From NCBI RefSeq assembly GCF_009914755.1, contig NC_060940.1: DNA of 64,000 bases, one strand, 5' to 3'. Position 1 is the first letter of the stretch, and every line of letters begins with the position of its first letter. Below the pieces are notes generated by a model, which searched no databases, had not been told where the DNA came from, and saw nothing but the letters and a program-made list of their open reading frames with translations. Origin of the DNA: the human T2T-CHM13v2.0 reference genome, Homo sapiens. Shown piece by piece: positions 1 to 11,804 of this stretch. The position numbers and the translations under genes are program-made.

Positions 1-257
1 GGCTGCCCAGTCCTATCCAGTGAATTCCTTCATTCAATAAATACCTGAGTAGCCACTATCCACTACCCATTGCTAGTCACTGGTATAGTTTCCAGCCCTA
101 GTGGAATTTACAGCCTAACAGGGGAGGAGAGATATAAGAAAACTGATATGACAGCAAATTGTGCATCTTGTGACAATTGTGCTAAATTGTTACAATTATA
201 ACACTGTGATACCTTTGTGCTCAGTATAGGGAAAGAAAAGGAGAGGTTACGATGAGT

Positions 258-356
258 TAGGTGACTAACCTTCCTAGTTGGTTTCCCAGGAAGTGAAATA
301 TTCAATGCTAAAACCAAGAAGTCCTGGTTAAACAGGCTGAGTTTATAGGGTGATCA
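258..356. mobile_element. Degenerate hAT-Blackjack MITE remnant (MER81/MER94-like)
   Basis: AGGTGACTAAC start and core AATGCTAAAACCAAGAAGTCCTGG resemble the recalled MER81/MER94 consensus. Confidence 0.4.
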
Positions 357-1231
357 TGTGTGAGCATGTACCAAGGGACCCTAAGTTAGCATGGAGGCTC
401 AGGGAGGACGTGACAGCACAGGGAGAGATCTACACCCTATAACTGCTGTTTTCCTTTTTTTTTTTTTTTTTTTGGCCTTCCACCTCATGACCACTGTGTT
501 CCACGTCTTTCCTTGTCCTTCTTTTTCCAACTATCTTCATTCTTTTTGTAGATCCACTCACCTTCTCTCTCAGCAAGTCAAACTCTTTCCTCTTTAAAAA
601 CAGAAGACTTCCTTTGCACGTGGATATTTTTTGTGCTATTATACTTAAATTTTGAAGAGTTTTGTTTCATTTTTGAGGATTATACTTTTCTTTTTGTATA
701 AAGTAATATAACACATGGGAAAATTAGAAAGCCTGTAGAAGTATGAAGCAACAAAAAGAATATAAATCAATACTCAACTCCTCCTTATCATCATGAACGT
801 AATCCCGGGATAGTCTCATCACATTTTTTTGTACTGGTTGACAGATCACATCCCTACTGAGACTCTTGCTGCAATAAACTCCTTTGGGTTTATCTTTTTT
901 ATGCTTGTAATTGTAGCAATAAAGGTTTTGTTTGTTATTTTTTAATGTAACTGTGTACGTTACACAAAAGGCCCATCACTTAATCAGTACTATTCCTATT
1001 CTGGTAAGATAGTAGTTCATGGGTGGATGCAGAAAGAACAGATGATAGATATTTATCAAGGAATAATGACTAAGCCTATTTGTAATGTCTACTTGCTTAA
1101 AATGACGACACTATGCCCATTTGAGCTAGAATTTAATATTCTAGAATCATAGCACAAAGGAGTCCTGTAGTAACTGTATTTGCCCAGCTACAAGAGAAGT
1201 AAAATGAGCTGGCAAGTTATTATTTTATCTA

Positions 1232-1318
1232 CTGGGTTGAGCCATATGGAATCAACCCTTCTGTAGCACAAATACAATCACGTATTAGCCATTTAGCCAT
1301 TTCCTATGGCTCAACCTG
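1232..1318. mobile_element. MADE2-like Mariner MITE
   Basis: Terminal inverted repeats GGTTGAGCCATA...TATGGCTCAACC, ~87 bp long, flanked by TA at 1230-1231 and 1319-1320. Confidence 0.75.
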
Positions 1319-1645
1319 TATGTGCCAAGTGCTGCTAAGTTCTCAAACTTCATTTACCTTGAATAGATGTGTCACAAATTCACTTTACTAAGAGAAGACC
1401 CACATATCAGTGCCATAGCTCTGACTTCCAATCCAGAATCCACCACTTCTCATGAGATACAGAATATAAGCCAAGTCTTTGTCTCTCTCAGCCTCAATTT
1501 CCTCAGCAGTAAAACATGTATGACAGCATCTATGTCATCAGGCTGCTGAACAGATAGCAGAGAACTTGCAGGCAAAGTGCCTGCCTGGTGCAACGTACAT
1601 AAGAAGGTGTTTGATCAAAGCTGTCTCCCTTAATGGACTTCTACT

Positions 1646-2514
1646 TGTAAACCAAAAATAAAACCCTAAGCCTCCCCCACTGACTGAACAGGCCCCCTCT
1701 GAACCAAGGGAAACCTGAGAAATTGAATTCTGGACCATGATGGGAAGGGAGGTCAGAGAAACCTGGTTATATTCGCTCCCTTTTAGGGACAACTGACCAG
1801 CATTAACATTAAAATAGAGATCACAAGACTGAAAACACAGACTCTTTGGCAACAACTTAGCAAATTCCACCTTGACTCTGATAGGACCTCACATGACAGA
1901 AAGCAGATTCTGAAGGAAATCAAAATGTTTCACCCCAAAATATACGTATTTGACATATTTTGAAATGGCCCTGCAAAGCCATCTTTTGTGGGGGAAATTT
2001 TATCTGCAGAGAATCTCCATTAGTGCAGCTAGGCCTTTTCTGGACCTAGGAGAGATTAAATGAGAGTCTGATGCCTTTAAGTTCTAAAAAAAGACATTTC
2101 CCATACTCTTTCTAAGGCATGCTACCTGGAGGTTTCATGTATACAATCAGAACCTCAGCTTCCGCTATCCCGCTTATCTTAACTCAAGCATTTACTTGAA
2201 GTCATTAGATAAACTTTAACTCTTTCAACCAACTGCCAATTCACAAAATTTTTGAATCTACCTATAACCTGAAAGCCTCCTCCTCTCCTAAAAAATGTTC
2301 GACTTTTCCAGGCCAGAGCAGTTACATGTGTTGATTTATGCCTTTGCCTATAACTTCTGTGTCCCTAAAATGTATAAAAGCAAAGTGTAACCCAACCTCC
2401 TTGGACATGCTTTCTCAGGAATTCCTGCGACCGTACCCCAGGCCACGATCACTCATTTTGGCTCAGAATAAGCCTCTTTAAAATATCTGACAGAGTTTGG
2501 CTTTTTTGTCAACA
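1646..2514 (+). mobile_element. ERV1 MER4-group solo LTR (MER4D/E-like)
   Basis: Starts TGTAAACCAAAAATAAAA, ends TTTTTTGTCAACA; 4-bp TSD TACT at 1642-1645 and 2515-2518. Confidence 0.85.
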
Positions 2515-2668
2515 TACTGAAAGCTCAGCCACGAGATCACACACTTGAGATACTCCAGCACACCCCTTACGATCCCCTCTTACCCAGTTCAGGAACACAG
2601 GGAGCCCCAAATGGGCTTAGCTGACCTCTTAGAGGTGAGGAAACCTGAGACCCTGAGACTTGAAGTGA

Positions 2669-3036
2669 TGCCTTAGTCTGTTCAGACTGCTGTAACAAAA
2701 TACTGTAGACCGGGTGGCTTGTGAACAACAGATATTTATTTCTCACAGTTATGGAGGCTACTAACTCTAAGATAAAGGCACTGACAGATTTGGTGTCTGG
2801 TAAGCCCGTATTTTCTGGTTCATAGGCAGCCATCTTCTCACTGTGTCTGACATAGTGGAAGCAATGAGCAAACCCCCTTGGGCCTTTTTAATAAGGGCAT
2901 CAATGTCATTTATGAGGGCTCTGGCCTTATGCCCTTATCACCTCTCAAAAGGCCCCACCCCCTAAGACCATCACCCTGACAGTTAAAATTTCAACATATG
3001 AATTTGGTGATGGGGAGGAATATTCAGGCCACAGCA
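2669..3036 (-). mobile_element. MaLR LTR, MLT1A/MLT1A0-like
   Basis: TGCCTTAGTCTGTTCAGACTGCTGTAACAAAATAC...TTTATTTCTCACAGTT...TTCAACATATGAATTT matches the reverse complement of MLT1A. Confidence 0.8.
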
Positions 3037-3902
3037 AGTAGCTTCCCCAACATCAGGCTAATTAGTGCCTCTGTTACGAGGTCAGCCATATTCTGCCTTT
3101 ACGTTGACATATGACCCCATATAGCACAGGCACTGATGCTGAGCCATGTGATCAAGCGGAAATGACCATCCCAGTGAAGGGAGGCAGACGACGCCTGCAG
3201 AGCGAGAAAAGTCACCACCGTGGGACCTCACAAAGCCACACATCCATTCCGATGAAACAGCTGGGATCCAGATGCTAAGTGTTCACCTCTAAAACGAAGC
3301 TTTCGCTGGCAGCTCAAAAGCCATCAGAGTTTCTCTGCGAGGGTCTCAGGACACGTGCAAAGACATTCACTGAGTCATATTATAAATGGATACTAAAAGT
3401 TATAATGCTGTTTCTCAGAATCACCAGTTACTTCCAAAATAGGTAAATTCTTCTACCCTGACATAGTAGTGGGTTTCTGCAGCCTCTGCCTTTTGGGAAA
3501 ATAAGCACCTCCAGAAGCCCCTGGGCAGATTTTAGAGAGAATCAGGTGTAAAAATCAGAGGGCACTCTTCTCACCGTCTCCTGTAAACCTGCTGATTTAT
3601 GGAAACTGGGAGAGATTGCATTGCAAGGTTGAAATCAGTGGCACAAAGCTCCCTCTCTCCTTCTTCTGCTGCCCAGAGCACTTTGCAGAACTCGGAGAAT
3701 GATCCCAGCACTCAAAATGGGAAAATAAATAGCTCTGAAAGGATGTTTAAGAAAAACTAGCCATTTTCTCAACTTTGAAGATAATAGAAGAGCTGAGAGT
3801 AGGAAAGACAGAAAGTAAGAGAATAGTAAAAGTTAAGTCTCAGCCTCACCCTTCTGTTTCAAGTTATGTGGTCTTGGACAAGTAAAGCAGCAATGCTAGG
3901 AC

Positions 3903-4356
3903 TGTGGCAAGGCTACTAGATGCTTGCTAATATCCCTTCTCTTTCTGGCATAGTAAATGTCACTTTGCTAACGACCATTTTCCTGGCCTTCCTTGTAGCT
4001 AGGTGTAGCCATGTAACAATGAGCTTTAAGCTGAAATGTGATAATTAACTTTGAAAAATGGCCTCTAAGAAGAAGTAGTATGCCCTTTCACTTCTACTTT
4101 CTCATGGCCTGGGATGCATACATAATGGCTAGAGCTTGAGCAGCCATATTGCACCATGAGGTAGCATGCTAAAAATTGCAGAGCAGCAAAATAGACAGAG
4201 CCTATGAACATCCCTAAGGATTTTAGGAAGCTGTCTTATCAACTTTAAATTGTCTGTCTCTGACTTTTTTTATTTGCAAGAATAAAACCTTAGTGTTTAA
4301 ACCACTATGGGAGAGTATATTTTTAATATGAAGTCAAACTTAATCATAATGATACA
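3903..4356 (+). mobile_element. Old MaLR LTR (MLT1I/J-like)
   Basis: CCTTCCTTGTAGCTAGGTGTAGCCATGT, ATGGCTAGAGC...GCAGCCATATTGCACCATGAGG, TTTAAACCACT and terminal GATACA. Confidence 0.6.
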
Positions 4357-4764
4357 AGTACCAAATATATAGATTTGCTGTGAGTCTTACAAAGCTAACA
4401 TGAATGCAAAATACCTGGAAAAACTACAAGAATGTAAGATTTTTCCCTTTCTTTCACACATACACTGCCCCCTCCACCCAATACACATACCACATATTTC
4501 AAGGTTAAAGAATTATTTAAAAATTCATTTTATATGTAAGAAAAAAACATGGATTTTTTTCTTCCTTTGATGAAGACTCAAAGAATAAACATTACACATG
4601 GGAGGGTTTGAATCTTGTCAGGCTATAGAGTCATTTTAACAAGGCTGAGTTTTAAATTTTGACCTTTAAACATCTAGAATAAAATAACAACTAGTCTAGA
4701 ATGATATACAGAGCTCCCTTCATGACTTTTCCAATTGTGATTCTAAAACCAAAGGCCAAAATAA

Positions 4765-5592
4765 AACTCTTGATTTATTGTTTAAACCAGCTCCTCCCTC
4801 AGTGATCTTCCTCCCTGGAAATGCTATCACCACCCACACTGTTGTTCTGACCCATCTGCCGAAGACGCCCTTGTTCCTTCTCTTTCCCTCCTGTCATCTG
4901 ACTCAGCAGCAAGTCCTGTTGATATCTGCAAAGCTTCTCACAAATCCATCCACTTTCCCCTCCGTAGTCCCCACTGCCTGATGCCAGCCCCCAGGGATCT
5001 TTCCCTTGACAGCTGCCATAGCTCCTTGACTGGTGTAGCTGTTTCTGGTCTTGCTCCCGTAAAGAATCGTAACGATCTTAAAAATGAATATCAGATACTA
5101 TAATGTGTCTAAGGAAATTTTCCCATGGTCTCCCAACACAAGTTAGTGTAAAATGCTCACCCTCCCTACCTCACCCACATCTCTTTCAGCCTCTCTCCCA
5201 CTTGGTTCCTTGACTTCAGTCATGTGACTATATTTTTATTTTTTTAAATACATGAAGTTTATTCCTACCGGGACTTTTGTATCTGCTCTTCTCCTTTTCT
5301 GAAAAGCCCTTCTCCCACATCTTTACATGGTGTCAGCCTCAACACTCAGATTTCAGCTGCAACCCGCGCCCCCTACCTCTCTGAAGACTTGCCCCACCCT
5401 ATGCCCCGGTCTCTATCACTTCGCTCTGTTTCAGCATCATCGTAACACCTGATGTTTGGGGATTTCTTTGAAATTCCCTCTGGCTTGAAACTTCATCGGA
5501 AAAGGGATCTTCTACAATGTGTTCACAGCTACATCCTCTGTGCTTGGCACATATTCAGCACTCAATAATTATTTTTTAAATGAATGAGTTAA
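4765..5592 (+). mobile_element. L2 3' fragment
   Basis: Pyrimidine-rich L2 body ending GCTTGGCACATATTCAGCACTCAATAATT...TGAATGAG. Confidence 0.65.
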
Positions 5593-6478
5593 TTGACCAT
5601 GCCAATCAAAATACTAAAATCAGCTGAGTTGATCTAACTCAGCTAATGAAATTAACATTAATATTAAATTTAAACTGAATCCAAACAGAATCACTAATAT
5701 TAATCCATCCATTAAGTATCCCAGACGCTAATGGGCCCCACCACCATCCCTACTACTCCACACAGCACCTCAGCACCCCAGCCAAAGGCTTTCTTTGGGA
5801 GTATACGGCCATTTGTTTAAACAAGCTTAAAAAAAAAGGACTAAACTGTTTATCAATAGTAGGGGGTATTAGTAACAAAAATATTCCTGTTTATATTCAC
5901 GCGATTTCCCTCCCTCTATTGGCAAATGAGAAGTGTTGTTAAGAGATGAAACCACTTTAACCATCTGCATTTGATGGCAAAGCTTTTTCTAATTAAACAA
6001 ATCCTACAGGTACAAGTCAGCTAAGGAAAGCTTTTCATTTCTCATGTTGGGCAGCCATAACTGAGATAAGCATTTCTCCAGCTTTTTTTGGTCTTCGCCT
6101 AGGAACATGCCAAGTCCAGTCAATCATCATAGCATAAAAATATGTAATCATCAAGCATAAAAGATAGAAGTAGAGAAAAAGCCTGACTCTAAGCTTAACA
6201 AAGTAGAATCAAAATGTGTTAATATTTTTATTGAACAGAAAACCTGCGAGTTAAATAGCAATTAATAACATGATTCTCATTTACTTTACTAAATCAAGAT
6301 CTCAGATGAATATTCTTATTGTAACTCACTGCTTATTAAATCTTTTAAACAGTGTTTTGAACAAAGCAAAGATGGCAATGAGAATGAGGTTTAATCACTG
6401 GAAGATCACTCATTCAGGAGATAGATCTAGGTTCAAATCCCAACTTAACTTCTTCTAACCCTCTTAGCTTTAGATAAG

Positions 6479-7277
6479 TGCCATGGTTTGTATGTGGGTT
6501 CCCTCTAAATCTCACATTGAAATTTGATCCCTGATATGGTTTGGCTGTGTTTCCGCCCAAATCTCATCTTGAATTGCAGCTCCCATAATCCCATGTGTCA
6601 TGGGAGGGACACAGTGGGAGATAATTGAATCATGGGGGCGGGTTTTTCCCATGCTATTCTTGCGATAGTGAATAAGTCTCATGAGATCTGATTGCTTTAT
6701 AAAGGGCAGTTCCCCTGCACAAGCTTCTTGCCTGCTGCCATGTAAGATGTCATGACTGTGAGGCCTCCCCAGCCATGTGGAACTGTGAGTTCATTAAACC
6801 TCTTTCCTTTGTAAATTACCCAGTCTCCAGTATGTCTTTATTAGCAGGGTGAGAACAGATTAATACAATCCCCAGTGCTAGAAGTGAGGCCTACTCCACC
6901 TCCAGCATTGGAATTGGAGGTGGAGGAGGTGTTTGGGTTATGGGTATGGATCTCTCATAAATGGCTTGGTGTTATCCTTATGGGAATAAGTGGGTTTTCC
7001 CTCTACTGGTTCCCATGAGAGCTGGTTGTTAAAAATAGCCTGGCACCTCCAGGCTCTGCCACTGGCCTCCCCCTCTCACCATATGACCTCTGCACACAGC
7101 AGCTCCCCTTTGCCCTCCACCACGAGCGGAAGCAGCCTGAGGCCCTTACCAAATGAAGATACCAATCTTCACTTGAACTTTTCCAGACTTCAGAATTGTG
7201 AGCCAAATAAACCCTTTTTCTTCCTAAGTTACCCCGCCTTAGGAATTCCTTTACAGCAACACAAACAGATGAAGACA
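6479..7277 (+). mobile_element. MSTB-like MaLR solo LTR interrupted by THE1
   Basis: TGCCATGGTTTG start, AACAGATGAAGACA end, 5-bp TSD ATAAG/GTAAG. Confidence 0.8.
6532..6867 (+). mobile_element. THE1 (B/C-like) solo LTR nested in MST
   Basis: TGATATGGTTTGGCTGTGT...GAACAGATTAATACA; perfect TSD ATCCC at 6527-6531 and 6868-6872. Confidence 0.9.
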
Positions 7278-7650
7278 GTAAGTAACCCAAACTCCTTGAA
7301 CTTCCACTTTCTCATTTTGTGAAGCAGGGATGAGAAACTATTCTGGCTTTGCAAGCTGCCGAAAATATTAAAGTGCGATGTTACGAGGCAGAAAGAATTT
7401 TGCCAAATAGGTAGCCTTAAGAAAGTTCACAGCAGTATTACGTCCTTCTCTGTTATATCTATATGTATTATTATTTCAGCCCTGAATCAAGACATTATCA
7501 GCAATGATGATTATTTAACCTAATAGCTACAGATAATTAGTCTAATAACTATCGATATAACATCCAATCATTTCAGATGGTTAGATTCACTTGCAAATGG
7601 TCTGGTTTCTCCAGAAGGATTTTAACATGAGTTGTTGTTTCCTCTTAAAG

Positions 7651-7960
7651 TTTTTTTGTTTTTTTTTTTTCTGGAGAAGGAGTCTCATTCTGTCGCCCAG
7701 GCTGGAGTACAGTAGTGTGATCTCAGCTCACTGCAAACTCCGCCTGCTGGGTGTAAGCAATTCTCCTGCCTCAGCCTCCAAAGTAGCTGGGACTACAGGC
7801 AGACGCCACCATGCCGGCTAATTTTTTGCATTTTTAGTAGAGACGGGGTTTCACCATACTGGCCAGTGTGGAGTATGGTCTCTAACTCCTGACCTCGTGA
7901 TCCACCCACCTCGGCCTCCCAAAGTGCTGGGATTACAGGTGTGAGCCACCATGCCCAGCC
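7651..7960 (-). mobile_element. AluS (Sc-like)
   Basis: Poly-T followed by full reverse-complement Alu dimer; GACCTCGTGATCC variant. Confidence 0.9.
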
Positions 7961-8439
7961 CCAAAATAAAAAGTTTTAACACAGCTCATAAGGTACCGGA
8001 TAATTCGGATCCTGCCTCCCTTTCCTACCTCAATTCCCATATCAAATCCCCTTCATCCCCCTTGTGCTCAACACTCTAAATGCAATTTTTTTTTCTTTTA
8101 AACATTTCAATGTTCCCCTGGATTTTTTATGTCTGGCTCCTTCTCATTTTCTAGCCTGAGCTAAAAGGTCACCAGCTCACAGGGGGACACTCCATGGCTG
8201 CTCAATATAAATATTCTCCCACCCTCTTCCCCGTCACCCTGTTTATTTCCAGCAGGGCACATAGGTTCAACCCAAACCTGTCCTTTGCATGTCTGTTTGC
8301 TAGTTTAACATCTGCCTGCTCACTAGGATGTATGCTCCTACCAAGAGGGATCTTACCTACTTCTCTGCCACTGGCTCAGAACAGGCTCCCAACAAGTATT
8401 TAATGGATAAGCAAGCAAACAAACTTGTATAGTGATTGT

Positions 8440-8900
8440 TTCGATTTTTTCTCCAAAAGGACAACAAAACAAGGATGTCGGTGCAAGTGGTTTACTTGGG
8501 AGATAGTTTAGGAAAAGCCAACAAGAAGTAGAAGAATGAGATGGGGAAGAAAAGGAAACTGGGAAAAGGTGAATATGCCAATGAGTAACCACCATGGGAA
8601 AACTGGAGCTCTTGCTAGAAGATGCTAGGAGAAGAAAGGACTTGTGGTTACACACACTCCCCACTCCCACTCCAGGAGAGATATGTCTGTTTCTATCCAC
8701 CAGCTCACTTAAGTTTTTGATTGAGGACTACTAATTTCTAAACATTCCAATCTTACTCCAAAATGCAGGCAGAGTGGGCTCCGGCAGCCAGAGAAAGCAC
8801 TCAAAAAGGAGCAGAGGCTGGCAGTTGGAAAGCAGACAGGTTGTACACCAAGTGCTAAGCTCCAAGGGGATACGTGACAGCAATCTTAACTGTTCCAACT
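8440..8900 (-). mobile_element. ERVL LTR33-like remnant
   Basis: GTGCAAGTGGTTTACTTGGGAG...AGTAACCACCATGGGAAAACTGGAGCTC...GCAGAGTGGGCTCCGGCAGCCAGAGAAAGC. Confidence 0.55.
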
Positions 8901-9772
8901 AAACTCAAAACAAACATTCCAGCACTGAAAATTAGGGCCATTTTCTCGAGTCCATGAACCATGCTGCAAACACACATAAAGGATACAGAGAGGAGTACAT
9001 ACATGGTACACACAGCAGCTAACTTTTCTGCTCTCTTCTCAAGTGACATCTTAAATAAAATAGGACCCAAGAAAACAAAACCATTCTGTTTACCATTAAA
9101 GAGTCACAGCAATATATGGTTAAATACTACTCCTAGGACATCTGCTCAAACACACTGACACTCCCCCAACCCCCAACAGTGGTCCAAGAATGGCTCTTGC
9201 TTGGGATTCAACATGATTTTGAAACAACTAATATCATATGAACATGGTTTATGCTGCAAATTATTCTCTACAAAGAGCTATTAAAACTCAGTGATGAGTG
9301 AAAATAGTCTTCAAATTCTCATGTCAACATTCAAACCCTAGATTGAGTTTCTCCTCTCCAGTTTCATTCAAATAATTATGTTCCCTGGATTAAATGATAC
9401 TTTTTTAATTCGATTGTATCCCACAGCCATATGTTTATTTTATTTGGATGAGGGAGAAAGGTATCTTAATTTCTTATAATAAGAGCTTTTGGGAAATCTG
9501 GCACTTCAGTGGCAAGGCAGTAATCAAAACTGAATTCTATACAAGAGGTAAATTATATTGCCTTCCAAATTAATTTGCAAATGGCCACAATACTAATAAA
9601 ATGCAGGCAAGACTGTGATTTCCCTTTTGTAAAAGTCCAGCTCCTCAGTAACCAGGAAAAGCAAACTCGCTAAGGAGCACGAGGTCAGCTGCATGCTACG
9701 TGCCAGGAAGCCTGAGTTTAACCCAAGATATGTGCAAGTTTTGAAAGTTGGAGCACAACTTTGGAGGAAATT

Positions 9773-10025
9773 TGCCTCTTTGTATTCCGTTTCCTTATGG
9801 TCTATGGCTGGTCCTGGAAGATGCCAGCATCCAGCTCCAGAAACTGGAATGGCTCTGCAGTATTACAAGCCCCTAAGCCCCTTATTTAGGGGTTCGAAGC
9901 TGATCCTGGTGTTAATATGTTCCTTAACTTTATTTTTAACACTTACAGCAAAGATATTCCTCTGAAATCTACTTCAGGTGGCAAATGAGACTTACTACAC
10001 TATGAGAAGTTTGAAGGCAAGGACT
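9773..10025 (+). repeat. Dispersed direct repeat, copy 1 (paralogous to 11515-11804)
   Basis: Shared blocks GTCCTGGAAGATGCCAGCA, ACAAGCCCCTAA, TTAACTTTATTTTTAACA, TACAGCAAAGAT, ACTTCAGGTG, GGCAAGGACT in the same order. Confidence 0.9.
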
Positions 10026-10027
10026 GG

Positions 10028-10757
10028 TGTATTTATTTCCAATGGCTACTGTAGAACATATTATCACAAACTTGGTGGCTTAAAGCAACACTAATTTAGT
10101 CTCTTGCAGTTCTAGAGGCTGGAGAAAAATCAATTTCCTTGTCTTTTCCAGTTTCTAGACACCAAGAACATTCCTTGGCTTGTGGCCCCGTAACACTCCA
10201 ATATCTGCTTCCATCATTCCATCTCTTTCTCTTTTGAACTTCTTTCCTCTCTCTTAGAAGGACCCTATCCTTGGGTCCCTCTGAAAAACCTAGAATCATC
10301 TTCCCATTTCAAGACCCTTAGGCCAGCCGCAGTGGCTCATACCTATAATCCTGGCAAGTAGGGAGGTCGAGGCAGGTGGATCACTTGAGGTCAGGAGTTC
10401 AAGGCCAGCCTGGCCAACATGGCGAAACCCCATCTCTACTAAAAATACAAAAACTAACCGGGTGTAGTGGCACGTGCCTGTAATCACAGCTACTTGGAGG
10501 CTGAGGCAGGAGAATCTCTTGAACCTAGGAGGCAGAGTTTGCAGTGAGCCAAAAATCATGCTGCTGCACTCCAGCCTGGGTGACAGAGCAAGACTGTCCA
10601 AAAATAAATTAAAAAAATTTTTTTTAAAAAAAGAAGCCCTTAGTCATGTCTACAAAGTCCCTTTTGGCACTGAGGTACATATTCACAGGTTCTGGGGATT
10701 AAAGCATAGATACCTTTGTTGGTGCTCTTCTTCCCATTACAGTGGTAATCACCACTA
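10028..10757 (-). mobile_element. MLT1 (D-like) LTR interrupted by an Alu
   Basis: CACAAACTTGGTGGCTTAAAGCAACA...CAGTTCTAGAGGCT...CAAAGTCCCTTTT...ATTCACAGGTTCTGGGGATTA. Confidence 0.75.
10321..10633 (+). mobile_element. AluSx-like
   Basis: Full Alu dimer with A-rich tail; imperfect TSD AGACCCTTA/AAGCCCTTA. Confidence 0.9.
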
Positions 10758-10814
10758 TGTCCTGAGCACCTAGACCAGAAAAGCCACATCCAGGTAACAT
10801 GGAATATAGTAAAA

Positions 10815-11030
10815 TAGCAACGTAGTGAGGGCATTTGGAGCATGTGACTTGTGTGTGAAATCAGGCAGGCTGGGTTATGAATCCTGGCTCAACTGTTAGC
10901 CAACCAGCTTCCCGAACCCCTCTGAATCGCAGTTTCCTCACCTGTTTAAAAGGATAGCTAATAGTACCCACTTTGAGTCGTTGATGGCAAACATTAGATA
11001 ATACTGGTTGACAGAGTTTTTCCCAATGTT
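10815..11030 (+). mobile_element. MIR
   Basis: GAATCCTGGCTC...CTCTGAATCGCAGTTTCCTCACCTGTTTAAAAGGATAGCTAATAGTACC core. Confidence 0.7.
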
Positions 11031-11078
11031 CGTCACAATCCAAGCTCAATAAGCTCTCACTGAAACACAGAATTAAAC

Positions 11079-11400
11079 CAGGAGTCAACAAATGTTTCCT
11101 CTGAAGGACAAAAGAGTAAATGTCTTCAGCTTTGAAGGCCATAGAGTGTGTCACAGCTACACAGCTCTTCAACAGTAGCACAAAAGCAGCCCGAGAGAGT
11201 ACATGAACGAACAAGCAAAGCTGTGTTCCAATAAAACTTTATGAAAATTCAAATTTGAATGCTAGTTTTCACATGTCATGAAACGTTTTTCTTTTGATTT
11301 TTTCCCACTTAAAAATATGAAAACATTCTTGCCCTGTGGGCCACTCAAAAACAGGTAACGGAATGGATTCAGCCCATGGGTCATGGGTTGCTGACCCCTA
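11079..11400. mobile_element. MER58B hAT-Charlie element
   Basis: TIRs CAGGAGTCAACAAA...TTGCTGACCCCT; internal GCTGTGTTCCAATAAAACTTTA and TTTTCACATGTCATGAAA. Confidence 0.8.
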
Positions 11401-11514
11401 GACTAGGTGACTTCCAAACTCCCTTTTATCCAAGAGTCTATGATCATGTGAAAAAGAATAAGATGTTGGGAAGTGGGGGAAAGCGGAGACAGTTAAACCT
11501 AAGCTCTAGGGAAT

Positions 11515-11804
11515 GTGCCTCTGAACCTTGTATTCAGTTTCCTTATGCTCTGTGGCTAGTCCTGGAAGATGCCAGCAAACACCCCCAGAAACTGATATGA
11601 AGAAGGGATCTCATTTAGGACATAGCTTTGCAGTATAACAAGCCCCTAACCGCCTTATTTAGGAAAGAGTTTGAGGCTGATCCTGCTCTTAATATGTTAG
11701 TTAACTTTATTTTTAACAACTACAGCAAAGATGTTCCTTTGAAATCAACTTCAGGTGATGGGCGAGTCTCTTACTAGACTATGAGCAGTTTGGAGGCAAG
11801 GACT
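11515..11804 (+). repeat. Dispersed direct repeat, copy 2 (paralogous to 9773-10025)
   Basis: Colinear with copy 1, with about 25 extra bases after CCAGAAACTG. Confidence 0.9.

Larger units (their letters stand above)
6418..7375 (+). mobile_element. MIR split by an MST LTR (MIR parts ~6418-6478 and ~7278-7375)
   Basis: CTAGGTTCAAATCCCAACT before, and AACTCCTTGAACTTCCACTTTCTCATTTTGTGAAGCAGGGAT after, the LTR. Confidence 0.55.
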
